Assembly (NCBI GenBank): GCA_964010765.1
Contig: CAXGMD010000041.1
Span: 1 to 30,765, forward strand
Direction: 5' to 3'
Origin: an uncultured bacterium
GTDB taxonomy: Bacteria; SAR324; NAC60-12
DNA: 30,765 nt
Part shown: piece by piece, positions 8,436-17,079 of the stretch
Layout: every line of letters begins with the position of its first letter
How positions within the stretch are numbered: the stretch's first letter is position 1
Notes under the pieces: generated by a model
Seen by the model: the letters and a program-made list of their open reading frames with translations, nothing else
Told to the model about the DNA's origin: nothing
The model's database searches: none
Translations under genes and position numbers: made by a program

Positions 8436-9355
8436 TGCGGAATTATGTACTCCGTCGGCTGTTGCAGAGTGGACTGATCCTGCTGGGAATTTCACTGGTC
8501 ACCTTCATTCTGCTCTACCTAATTCCAGCTGATCCAGCACGACAGATTGCTGGTAGAAGTGCCACTGCCGAGACGGTTGCAAACATCCGAGCCCAACTGG
8601 GACTGGATGATCCGGTCATGATTCAGTATTTTCGCTACCTTGGGAATCTGGTTCAGGGCGACATGGGCCGCAGTTACTTGCAGAAAGCGGAAGTCAGCGT
8701 ATTGATTGCCGGTCGCTTACCTGCGAGCCTGTTACTGATGATTTCTGCAATTGTGACCGAGCTGATCCTTGGTTTGACCGTCGGGATTGTGGCTGCCCTA
8801 CGCCGCAACAAGTTTGAAGATCAAGCACTGATGATCTTCAGTTTTGTTTCAATCTCAGCACCTCAGTTCGTGATTGGAATTCTGTTGCTATATTTCTTTT
8901 CTATTCAGTTCCAGTGGCTACCGATCGGAGGCTACGGGACCTTTGCACACCTGATCCTTCCGTCTCTCACCCTAGGCCTGCTAGGCGCTGGGTGGTACTC
9001 GCGCATGATGCGCTCTTCTATGATTGATGTCCTGCATCAAGACTTTGTCCGAACGGCCCGAGCAAAGGGAATTGCCCAGAGCCAAGTCATTGTGCGACAT
9101 GTAATTCCCAATGCAATCCTGCCAATCATTGCCATGGTTGGTATTGACATCGGCCTGTTCATGTCTGGGATTGTTGTTGTGGAGAGTGTGTTTGGTTGGC
9201 CAGGCATAGGACAACTTGCCTGGCAGGCCATTCAGCGAATTGACATCCCAGTCATTATGGGAGTCACGATTGTTTCTGCCACAGCAATTGTGCTGGGTAA
9301 TTTGTTGGCTGACTTGATCGCACCGTGGATCGATCCGCGAATCAAGATCAAGTAA
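8435..9355 (+). CDS. dppB: Peptide/nickel ABC transporter permease (DppB-like)
   Basis: 'YVLRRLLQ', 'DFVRTARAKG', 'VESVFGWPGIG' and 'IDPRI'. TGATG overlap with the preceding gene. Confidence 0.93.
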   Translation: MRNYVLRRLLQSGLILLGISLVTFILLYLIPADPARQIAGRSATAETVANIRAQLGLDDPVMIQYFRYLGNLVQGDMGRSYLQKAEVSVLIAGRLPASLLLMISAIVTELILGLTVGIVAALRRNKFEDQALMIFSFVSISAPQFVIGILLLYFFSIQFQWLPIGGYGTFAHLILPSLTLGLLGAGWYSRMMRSSMIDVLHQDFVRTARAKGIAQSQVIVRHVIPNAILPIIAMVGIDIGLFMSGIVVVESVFGWPGIGQLAWQAIQRIDIPVIMGVTIVSATAIVLGNLLADLIAPWIDPRIKIK

Positions 9356-9373
9356 CCCCATTCAAGGATAAAT

Positions 9374-10999
9374 ATGTTTAAGCTGTTCCTGGCTGGTCTC
9401 ACCGGACTTGCCCTGTTTGGTAATGTGGCGCTCGCCCAAGTCAATGAAAATGCCCCTCAGGGTGGCTCCATGACCGTTACGTACAAGGATGATGTTGCGA
9501 CGCTAGATCCTGCAATTGGCTATGACTGGCAAAACTGGTCCATGATCAAGAGTCTCTTTGATGGCTTGATGGGATACGAGCCTGGAAGTACTCAGCTGCG
9601 GAATGAGCTGTCCGCGAGCAACACCATTTCAGCAGATGGGATGGTGCACGTCTTTAAATTAAAGAACGGAATCAAATTTCATAACGGTCGAGAGATCACA
9701 GCTGCAGATGTCAAGTATTCACTGGAGCGTGTGACGAATCCAAAAACTCAAAGCCCTGGTGCAGGTTTCTTTGGAATGATTGACGGTTTTGATTCCTGGA
9801 ATGCTGGGCAGGATTCTGGTCTTTCCGGTGTGAAGGTGATCGATGACAAGACCATAGAAATCCGACTTTCTCGACCGGATGCTACATTCCTGCACGTGAT
9901 GGCCCTCAACTTTGCTTCAATTGTCCCCAAGGAAGCAGTTGATGCTGCAGGTGAAGATTTCGGTCGAAAGCCAGTCGGCTCCGGTGCTTTCAAGTTGGCA
10001 GAGTGGACTCCCGGGCAACGTGTCGTTTTCGAAGCTTTTGACGGATACCACAGAGCTGGAGTGCCCAAGCTGGAGAGTGTGACTTTTGAGATTGGACTAG
10101 AACCGATGGTGGCTTTGCTCCGCTTGCAGCAAGGGATGGCAGATACATTGGGGGATGGTATTCCTCCTGCGCAGTTCATGCAGGTGATGAACGATCCCAA
10201 CCAGTCCAAAAACGTAATCGAAGGAGGGCAGCTCCATACGGGTTACATCACGATGAACACCCGAATGGCTCCATTTGACAATGTGATGGTTCGCAAGGCT
10301 GTCAACATGGCGATCAACAAGGAGCGTATCGTCCGCATCATCAATGGACGCGCTGTTCCAGCAAACCAACCGCTACCTCCAACTATGCCCGGTTATGCCA
10401 AGGATTACAAAGGGTACCCCTTTGATCAAGACGGTGCCAAGAAGATGCTGGCGGATGCTGGATTGGCAAATGGTTTTTCAACCGAACTGTTTGTGTACAA
10501 CACCGATCCAAATCCAAGAATTGCCCAAGCGATTCAACAGGATTTGGCGGCGATCGGGATCAAGGCTGAGATCCGCAATCTAGCCCAAGCCAACGTGATT
10601 GCAGCAGGTGGTGAACCCGACCAGGCACCAATGATCTGGTCTGGAGGAATGGCCTGGATTGCTGACTTCCCTGACCCTTCCAACTTCTATGGTCCCATCT
10701 TGGGTTGTGCCGGTGCTGTTCAGGGTGGATGGAACTGGTCCTGGTATTGTAATGAAGCGCTGGATGCTCGAGCCGCTGAGGCGGATTCGATGACAGATCC
10801 CTCCAAGACCGCGGAACGAGAAGCTGCCTGGCGACAAATCTACGTTGATATCATGGATGATGCGCCGTGGGTCCCTGTCTTCAATGAACAACGCTTCACC
10901 TTCCGCTCTGAAAAGATCGATGGTGATGGGACGCTCTTTGTAGATCCGGTTCACATCCCCGTCAACTACGACTACATCTTCTCAACACAAGCTAAGTAA
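9374..10999 (+). CDS. Family 5 ABC substrate-binding protein (DppA-like)
   Basis: Signal peptide, 'TLDPAIGYD', 'KFHNGREITAADVKYSLER', 'PVGSGAFKL' and 'VRKAVNMAINK'. AAGGA RBS. Confidence 0.93.
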   Translation: MFKLFLAGLTGLALFGNVALAQVNENAPQGGSMTVTYKDDVATLDPAIGYDWQNWSMIKSLFDGLMGYEPGSTQLRNELSASNTISADGMVHVFKLKNGIKFHNGREITAADVKYSLERVTNPKTQSPGAGFFGMIDGFDSWNAGQDSGLSGVKVIDDKTIEIRLSRPDATFLHVMALNFASIVPKEAVDAAGEDFGRKPVGSGAFKLAEWTPGQRVVFEAFDGYHRAGVPKLESVTFEIGLEPMVALLRLQQGMADTLGDGIPPAQFMQVMNDPNQSKNVIEGGQLHTGYITMNTRMAPFDNVMVRKAVNMAINKERIVRIINGRAVPANQPLPPTMPGYAKDYKGYPFDQDGAKKMLADAGLANGFSTELFVYNTDPNPRIAQAIQQDLAAIGIKAEIRNLAQANVIAAGGEPDQAPMIWSGGMAWIADFPDPSNFYGPILGCAGAVQGGWNWSWYCNEALDARAAEADSMTDPSKTAEREAAWRQIYVDIMDDAPWVPVFNEQRFTFRSEKIDGDGTLFVDPVHIPVNYDYIFSTQAK

Positions 11000-11005
11000 A
11001 TTCTC

Positions 11006-11950
11006 ATGTGCCAGAATCGTGATCACACCATTCATGGCGCCAATCATCACTTCGGGTGGGACAACTCGTTCTCACCCGCTGTTATGGTGGCTCCTGGGGA
11101 TCGACTGCACTTGGAATGTCTGGACAGCTCAGCAGGGCAGTTCACTCCCCAAAGCACGACAGCTGATGTCCCCAATCTTGATTTTGGGAAGGTAAATCCT
11201 GTTACCGGCCCAATTTATGTTGATGGTGCAGAACCTGGGGATGTGCTCAAACTTGAGATTGAAGGCTTTCATCCTTCAGGCTTCGGTTGGACAGCCAATA
11301 TTCCGGGCTTTGGCTTGTTAGCTGACCAGTTCAAGGAACCTTTCCTGAAGGTCTGGAAGTATGATCCCAAGGAAATGGCTCCTGCGGTTTATTCCGATAT
11401 TGCCAGCATCCCTCTCAAACCCTTTGCAGGTACTATTGGGTTAGCCCCAGCCGAGGATGGACTGCACTCAGTCGTCCCTCCACGACGGATGGGTGGCAAC
11501 ATGGACATCCGTGACTTGACCAGCGGAACAACGCTCTACCTGCCGGTGGAGTTCAAAGGTGCGCTGCTGTCGATTGGGGATACTCATGCTGCCCAAGGCG
11601 ATGGTGAAGTCTGCGGAACAGCCATTGAGAGTCCAATGAATGTGGATTTTCGTGTGGACCTGATCAAGCAGACTCCATTGGCGAACCCGCGTTTCACCAC
11701 ACCAGGGCCAGTCACTCGACATCTGGATTCCAAGGGTTATGAAGTAACTACTGGGATCGGACCAGACTTGATGTCCAGTGCCGGGAACGCTGTCTCCAGC
11801 ATGATTGACTTGCTCTCTGCGACCCATGGACTAAGTGCGGTGGAGGCATATCTACTCTGCTCAGTTTGTGGTGATCTGCGGATTTCTGAGATCGTAGACA
11901 TGCCCAACTGGGTAGTATCCTTTTACTTCCCCAGGGTGGTCTTCGAGTGA
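11006..11950 (+). CDS. Acetamidase/formamidase (FmdA/AmdA) family protein
   Basis: 'NPVTGPIYVDGAEPGDVL', 'GGNMD' and 'GDTHAAQGDGEVCGTAIE'. Confidence 0.92.
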   Translation: MCQNRDHTIHGANHHFGWDNSFSPAVMVAPGDRLHLECLDSSAGQFTPQSTTADVPNLDFGKVNPVTGPIYVDGAEPGDVLKLEIEGFHPSGFGWTANIPGFGLLADQFKEPFLKVWKYDPKEMAPAVYSDIASIPLKPFAGTIGLAPAEDGLHSVVPPRRMGGNMDIRDLTSGTTLYLPVEFKGALLSIGDTHAAQGDGEVCGTAIESPMNVDFRVDLIKQTPLANPRFTTPGPVTRHLDSKGYEVTTGIGPDLMSSAGNAVSSMIDLLSATHGLSAVEAYLLCSVCGDLRISEIVDMPNWVVSFYFPRVVFE

Positions 11951-13728
11951 CTTCCCCTCAAGTTTCTGACTCTTCTCAAGTTCCAGATCCTGGAGGGAGT
12001 CTCCTCTCCGTCCAGGATCTGCATGTTCAGGTCGCTACCCCGACTGGAGCAAAAACAATCCTTGACGGACTCTCTTTTGAGTTGGGCCGTAGGGAAACAC
12101 TCTGCCTGGCTGGGGAAAGCGGATCTGGTAAATCCATGACGGCCCTAGCGATCATGGGATTGTTACCAAAACCGATGGCCCGGATCTCCAGGGGATCCAT
12201 TCAACTGGGTAATCTTGAGCTAACTCGCCTCTCTGAAAGTCAGTATCGGAAAATCAGGGCTGCCCGGATCTCGATGATTTTCCAAGAGCCGATGACCTCT
12301 CTCAATCCAATCAGTACGGTTCAAAAACAACTTTGTGAAACCTTGTTGGAGCACGGGCAGTGCAGCCGGCAGGAAGCCCCAGATCGAGCCCTGGCCCTGC
12401 TCAAAGATGTTCGCCTGACAGAACCGGAACAGCGCCTTCAGCAATATCCTCACGAGCTCTCCGGGGGTATGCGCCAGCGAGTGATGATCGCCATGGCCCT
12501 AGCCTGTGATCCAGAGATCCTAATTGCCGATGAACCAACTACGGCGCTTGATGTAACGGTACAGGCTGAAATTCTTGAGTTGATGCGCAGCCTTCAGAAA
12601 GAGCACAACACCGGGTTGCTGATGATCACTCATGATATGGGAGTGGTTGCCGAGATGGCAGATCGTGTGTTGGTGATGAAGGAAGGGCAAGAAGTGGAGA
12701 CTGCTGCAGTTCGACAACTGTTCAGCAAGCCAGTCCACCCCTACTCACAAGCTTTGTTGAAGGCTGTTCCGCGTCTCGGTTCCTCAGAGCCCAAGGAACC
12801 TCTGCCGACTACCCTTGAGAGTGTTGTGCAAATCAAGGATCTCAAGGTTCATTTCTATATTCGAGGAGGAGTGTTTAATCGCCCGGTGGCTCGAATTCAT
12901 GCTGTTGAAAATGTTTCGCTTTCCATCCGGGCCGGTTCAACCCTTGCGCTTGTTGGGGAATCTGGTTGTGGCAAGTCTACTATTGGCAAGGCGATGATGG
13001 GACTGGTGCCCTGGTCTGGAAAGATCCAGCTAAACGGTGACTCGATTGCTGGACTCAGTCGTCCTCAGATGCAAAGAGTGCTACGGAACATCCAGATGAT
13101 CTTTCAAGATCCAGGAGCCTCGCTAGATCCAAGGATGAAAGTTGGAGATCAGGTGGGAGAACCAATGGTAGTACACGGGATTGCCCGTGGGACAGAGCTG
13201 AAAGATCGAGTGGCTTATCTTTTTCAAAGGGTTGGACTCTCCAGAGATGCTATCGAACGTTATCCACATGAGTTTTCTGGTGGCCAACGTCAACGTATCT
13301 GTATCGCTAGAGCCTTGTCTCTCTCTCCCAAAGTGATCATTGCCGATGAGTGTGTTTCTGCCCTTGATGTTTCGATTCAGGCTCAAGTTCTTGAACTGCT
13401 CAAGGAACTTCAGCAGGAGGATGACCTTGCTTATCTATTTATCAGTCATGACATGGCTGTGATCGAGCAAATGGCCGATGAGGTCGCCGTGATGCGTCTT
13501 GGGCAAATCGTGGAGCATGGATACCGTGATGCTGTACTTCGGGATCCACAACATTACTACACACAAAGGTTGCTATCGGCAGTGCCCATTCCTGACCCGG
13601 AGGTTGAGCGTGCCCAACCTCGTAGAGAAACTTCAGCAGAACCGGAATCCCCAATTTTCAAACTTCACGAACAGCCTACCCCACTTCATCTTCAAGAAAT
13701 TGCGCCAGGGCATTTGGTAGCGTCTTGA
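11947..13728 (+). CDS. Fused dual-domain peptide ABC ATPase (DppD-DppF fusion)
   Basis: Two Walker A motifs ([17 protein letters not shown]) and two signature motifs ([16 protein letters not shown]). GTGA overlap with the amidase stop. Confidence 0.93.
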   Translation: MTSPQVSDSSQVPDPGGSLLSVQDLHVQVATPTGAKTILDGLSFELGRRETLCLAGESGSGKSMTALAIMGLLPKPMARISRGSIQLGNLELTRLSESQYRKIRAARISMIFQEPMTSLNPISTVQKQLCETLLEHGQCSRQEAPDRALALLKDVRLTEPEQRLQQYPHELSGGMRQRVMIAMALACDPEILIADEPTTALDVTVQAEILELMRSLQKEHNTGLLMITHDMGVVAEMADRVLVMKEGQEVETAAVRQLFSKPVHPYSQALLKAVPRLGSSEPKEPLPTTLESVVQIKDLKVHFYIRGGVFNRPVARIHAVENVSLSIRAGSTLALVGESGCGKSTIGKAMMGLVPWSGKIQLNGDSIAGLSRPQMQRVLRNIQMIFQDPGASLDPRMKVGDQVGEPMVVHGIARGTELKDRVAYLFQRVGLSRDAIERYPHEFSGGQRQRICIARALSLSPKVIIADECVSALDVSIQAQVLELLKELQQEDDLAYLFISHDMAVIEQMADEVAVMRLGQIVEHGYRDAVLRDPQHYYTQRLLSAVPIPDPEVERAQPRRETSAEPESPIFKLHEQPTPLHLQEIAPGHLVAS

Positions 13729-13790
13729 AGGCAGATCAGTAATTTCTTAGTCATCACAGCCAGTTGGATCTTGTCAGACCAAGAAATCGG

Positions 13791-13818
13791 TTGACAGAAG
13801 CCAAAAATTCAATAAGTT
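13791..13818 (+). promoter_or_regulatory. Candidate sigma70 promoter for the sugar ABC operon
   Basis: Perfect -35 TTGACA at 13791-13796, a 16-bp spacer, and -10-like TAAGTT at 13813-13818. Confidence 0.55.
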
Positions 13819-13964
13819 CCCCACAGACCAATTCGCTTGTTCGAATCATATCTCAGGATGAGTGGTTGCAGAGAGCGTGATTCCCAATGGACTGTTGAAT
13901 CATTGCTTATGTCGGGCGTTCGCATGCCCATAACTTTCGATTCATCTCGAACAGAGGAATGAAC

Positions 13965-15029
13965 ATGACCCAAGAGAATGTTTTTCAGGAATTTGGACGA
14001 AAAAGTTTTCGAACTTTAAAAAATTGCCTGTTAGGGACCACCCTGGCCTGTCTGACTGCTTCCCCCGTTTTGGCCTCCGACACTCGAGTGGCACTGGTGC
14101 CTGGTGGACCACATCCATACTTTGCAGCATGGGAAAAAGCTGGACAGGACGCCAAGCGTGACTTCGGTCTCTCAGGTGCAGACTATCGTGTTCCACAGAA
14201 ATGGGAGCTCAGCCAACAGAATCAGTTGCTGGAAAGCCTGCTGACCCAGGGCTACAACGGGTTCCTGATCTTCCCTGGGGATCCCGTGGGTACGAACTCA
14301 ATTGCGAGCGAATTGACCGCGGAAGGAACACCCGTCATTGCCTTGGCTGGTTGTCTGAAGCAACCTACCCCTGCAGTGTTTTGCTTGGGAACAGATACCG
14401 GTAATTCAGCGTACCTAGGCACCAAGGAGTTGATTAAGACCCTTGGTGGAAAAGGCAAAATCGCTCACTTTACGGGGTTTTTAGTAGATCCCAACACTCA
14501 ACTGCGAATCGATGCGGTGCAGAAGGCTGCCAATGAAACCGGTGGAGCGGTGGAAGTCATTCAAGTGATTGCGGATATTGACGCTCCAGAGCCAGCCGAA
14601 GAGAAAATCAATGCCTTCCTCGCGGCACAAGCGGACAAGGTTGATGGGATCGTAACGACTGCCTGGGTTCCTGCGGTCGTGGCTGCCAATTCATTGCGGA
14701 AGATTGGAGATAAGCGCATCAAGATGGTGGGTATTGATCATGATGAGGTTGTACTCAAGGCAATCAAGGACGGCTACGTACACGGCACCATGTTGCAGAA
14801 CCCATATGGTCAGGGCTACATCGGTTCCTTTGCAATGAACAAGCTACGAAGTGGCTGTAAGGTCAACCAGAATGCCCCCTTCAAATCGACAGCATTGACC
14901 AATCAGTTTATTGACAGTGGAACGGCTTTCGTCGGTCGTGACAAGGTCGATACCTACATCGGGGCGATGGAAGCGGTCACTAAGGACTTGATGGCTTCCT
15001 TTGAATCAACCTACCTAGTCTGTAACTGA
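13965..15029 (+). CDS. Sugar (CUT2, RbsB-like) ABC substrate-binding protein
   Basis: Signal peptide ending 'SPVLA', then 'VALVPGGPHPYF', 'MVGIDHD' and 'TMLQNPYGQGY'. The GAGGA RBS spacing favours ATG 13965 over 13959. Confidence 0.9.
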   Translation: MTQENVFQEFGRKSFRTLKNCLLGTTLACLTASPVLASDTRVALVPGGPHPYFAAWEKAGQDAKRDFGLSGADYRVPQKWELSQQNQLLESLLTQGYNGFLIFPGDPVGTNSIASELTAEGTPVIALAGCLKQPTPAVFCLGTDTGNSAYLGTKELIKTLGGKGKIAHFTGFLVDPNTQLRIDAVQKAANETGGAVEVIQVIADIDAPEPAEEKINAFLAAQADKVDGIVTTAWVPAVVAANSLRKIGDKRIKMVGIDHDEVVLKAIKDGYVHGTMLQNPYGQGYIGSFAMNKLRSGCKVNQNAPFKSTALTNQFIDSGTAFVGRDKVDTYIGAMEAVTKDLMASFESTYLVCN

Positions 15030-15034
15030 GTTTT

Positions 15035-15060
15035 CCTTGGAGGTGATGAGCCTCCTTGGG
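15035..15060 (+). other. Intercistronic hairpin after the SBP gene (possible mRNA stability element)
   Basis: CC-TT-GGAGGT-GATGA-GCCTCC-TT-GG inverted repeat just after the SBP stop, with no U tract. Confidence 0.45.
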
Positions 15061-15081
15061 ACTCTCTGAAGAGAATCCTGA

Positions 15082-16104
15082 ATGGCATCAGCGCAAGAAT
15101 CATCACTCTCAACGAACAGCCGTGACCGCTCATCAATAAGGAATTTTTTCTTTTCCAATGAGTTTGGTCTGTTGTTCCTGATACTCGTGTTTGCCACGAT
15201 CTTTGCGCTGCTGACCACTGGCTTTACCTCTCGCTTCAACCTGTATGCACTGGGTCGCAACATCTCCATTGATGTAGTGATTGGCTTTTCGATGATGGTG
15301 GTGATTGTTACAGGAGGGCTGAATCTCTCCGTAGGCTCAATCGGTGTGTCGGCGGTAATGTTTGGTGGCTGGCTGATTGAAGGGATGGGGAGCAATCTCC
15401 CGATTGCTTTGATTCTACTGCTGTTGGGTGGTGGATTGCTGGGAGCAGTCAACGGAGTAATGGTCGTACGGACAGGGGTTCATAGCTTCATCATCACCTT
15501 GGCCACGATGAGTGTTTACTTTGGCTTGATGATCTGGCTGACGCAGGCAGAAGCTTTCCGTAATCTGCCACCCGAGGTTGCCACCTTTGGCCGTACTAAA
15601 ATTTATGGCTATCTCTCTCCGCTGCTGTTGATCAGCTTGGGAGTCGCCATTATGTTGGCTGTCCTCTATCGCTACACCAGCTTGGGCCGTAACATGCTGG
15701 CAGCTGGTGCCAATCCGACTGCTGCTGAACTCTCCGGAGTCAACGTCAAACGCACCTTCATCTTGTGCCACGCCCTTTCTGGTCTGTTGGCCGCGTTGGC
15801 AGCCACGATGCTGACCTGTCGTACTGGGGCGGCGATTCCTTCAATGACAGGGCATATCGGTCAGGACTGGCTATTGCCTGCGTTTCTGGCACCGGTTCTC
15901 GGAGGTACCCTGTTGAGTGGAGGAAAGGTCTCAGTGTTGGGCACCTTTTTCGGAGCTGTCCTAGTCAGCTTACTCACCAACGGTCTATTGTTACTGCAAG
16001 TCAGTGAGTTCTGGGTGCAAGCCGTACTGGGGGCTTTATTACTCAGCGCTGTTCTTCTGGAGAAGCTGCGAAATGTTGTTCTGCTTCAAAACCGCTTCAT
16101 TTAG
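15082..16104 (+). CDS. Sugar ABC permease (RbsC-like) 1
   Basis: 'GGLNLSVGS', 'SFIITLAT', 'GANPTAAELSGV' and 'VLGGTLLSGGKVS'. Confidence 0.92.
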   Translation: MASAQESSLSTNSRDRSSIRNFFFSNEFGLLFLILVFATIFALLTTGFTSRFNLYALGRNISIDVVIGFSMMVVIVTGGLNLSVGSIGVSAVMFGGWLIEGMGSNLPIALILLLLGGGLLGAVNGVMVVRTGVHSFIITLATMSVYFGLMIWLTQAEAFRNLPPEVATFGRTKIYGYLSPLLLISLGVAIMLAVLYRYTSLGRNMLAAGANPTAAELSGVNVKRTFILCHALSGLLAALAATMLTCRTGAAIPSMTGHIGQDWLLPAFLAPVLGGTLLSGGKVSVLGTFFGAVLVSLLTNGLLLLQVSEFWVQAVLGALLLSAVLLEKLRNVVLLQNRFI

Positions 16105-16113
16105 GGCATTCTG

Positions 16114-17079
16114 ATGCCACTCCAAAAACTTCTGAAGGCTGAGTGGTCGGGACTGTTGTTGGTTGTGACCCTGGCTATCATACTGATTGGTTACCTCAAG
16201 CCTAGTTTTCTGACTCCCTTCAACATACAGATTTTGCTCGCTGCGATCTCTGTCAACATGGTGATTGCCTTGGCGCAAATGCTGATTGTGGGGATCGGCC
16301 AGATGAACCTCTCGGTGGGTGCAATCGGCGGACTCGTAGCCATCTCTTTTGCTGGATTGATGGACGTTTTCCAGTTGCCGATTCCACTTGCGGTACTCGT
16401 GGGTTTGCTAATTGGCTTGGCAGCAGGTTTGTTTAATGGAGTGATCATCGCCTTCACTGGTATCTCTGCATTTATCATCACCTTGGCGAGCCTCTCTGTT
16501 TTCAAGGGAATCAACCTCGGTATTACGGAAGCACAACCATTTTATGGAGTAGCAGAGTCAGTAAAATCTTTTGGAAATAGTAGCTTTATTGGAACTTTAC
16601 CCCTGTTGATTTTGCCTGCTTTGCTAGCTCTCATTGGTGTTTGGTTTCTGTTAAACAGGATGCGGTTTGGACGCCATGTTTTGGCGGTTGGTGCAAGTCC
16701 AACTGCAGCCGGTCTGGTGGGGATTTCCGTACGAAACATCGTGATTGGCACCCATGCCTTGTCGGGCCTGCTAGCTGCCGTTGCTGGAATGATGGTCGTA
16801 GCTCGGTTACAGATTGGACAACCAACGATTGGCGATGATTGGTTGATCCTCTCCTTTGCCGCACCGGTGATTGGCGGGGCTGTGCTAGCTGGGGGGCATG
16901 TCAACGTGATTGGCACTCTGTTGGGCGTAACCACCATCGCCATCATCACCCAAGCTTTAGTCCTTTTTGAAATTGATCCCTTCATCGTACAAATCTTTCT
17001 GGGCCTCTTGATCCTTTGGGCGGTTGGGATCAATCGACTGCGTGATCTGCGCCTCACTCTCTTTTCAAAACCAGCCTGA
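16114..17079 (+). CDS. Sugar ABC permease (RbsC-like) 2
   Basis: 'GQMNLSVGA', 'AFIITLAS', 'GRHVLAVG' and 'VIGGAVLAGG'. Confidence 0.92.
   Translation: MPLQKLLKAEWSGLLLVVTLAIILIGYLKPSFLTPFNIQILLAAISVNMVIALAQMLIVGIGQMNLSVGAIGGLVAISFAGLMDVFQLPIPLAVLVGLLIGLAAGLFNGVIIAFTGISAFIITLASLSVFKGINLGITEAQPFYGVAESVKSFGNSSFIGTLPLLILPALLALIGVWFLLNRMRFGRHVLAVGASPTAAGLVGISVRNIVIGTHALSGLLAAVAGMMVVARLQIGQPTIGDDWLILSFAAPVIGGAVLAGGHVNVIGTLLGVTTIAIITQALVLFEIDPFIVQIFLGLLILWAVGINRLRDLRLTLFSKPA

Noticed and set aside
15039..15081. GGAGGTG followed by mini-ORF MSLLGTL*, in frame with the permease through two TGA codons (leader peptide or selenocysteine readthrough)
   Set aside because: The SD-ATG spacing is too short, the SD sits in a hairpin stem, no SECIS-like context is evident, and the permease is complete from 15082.
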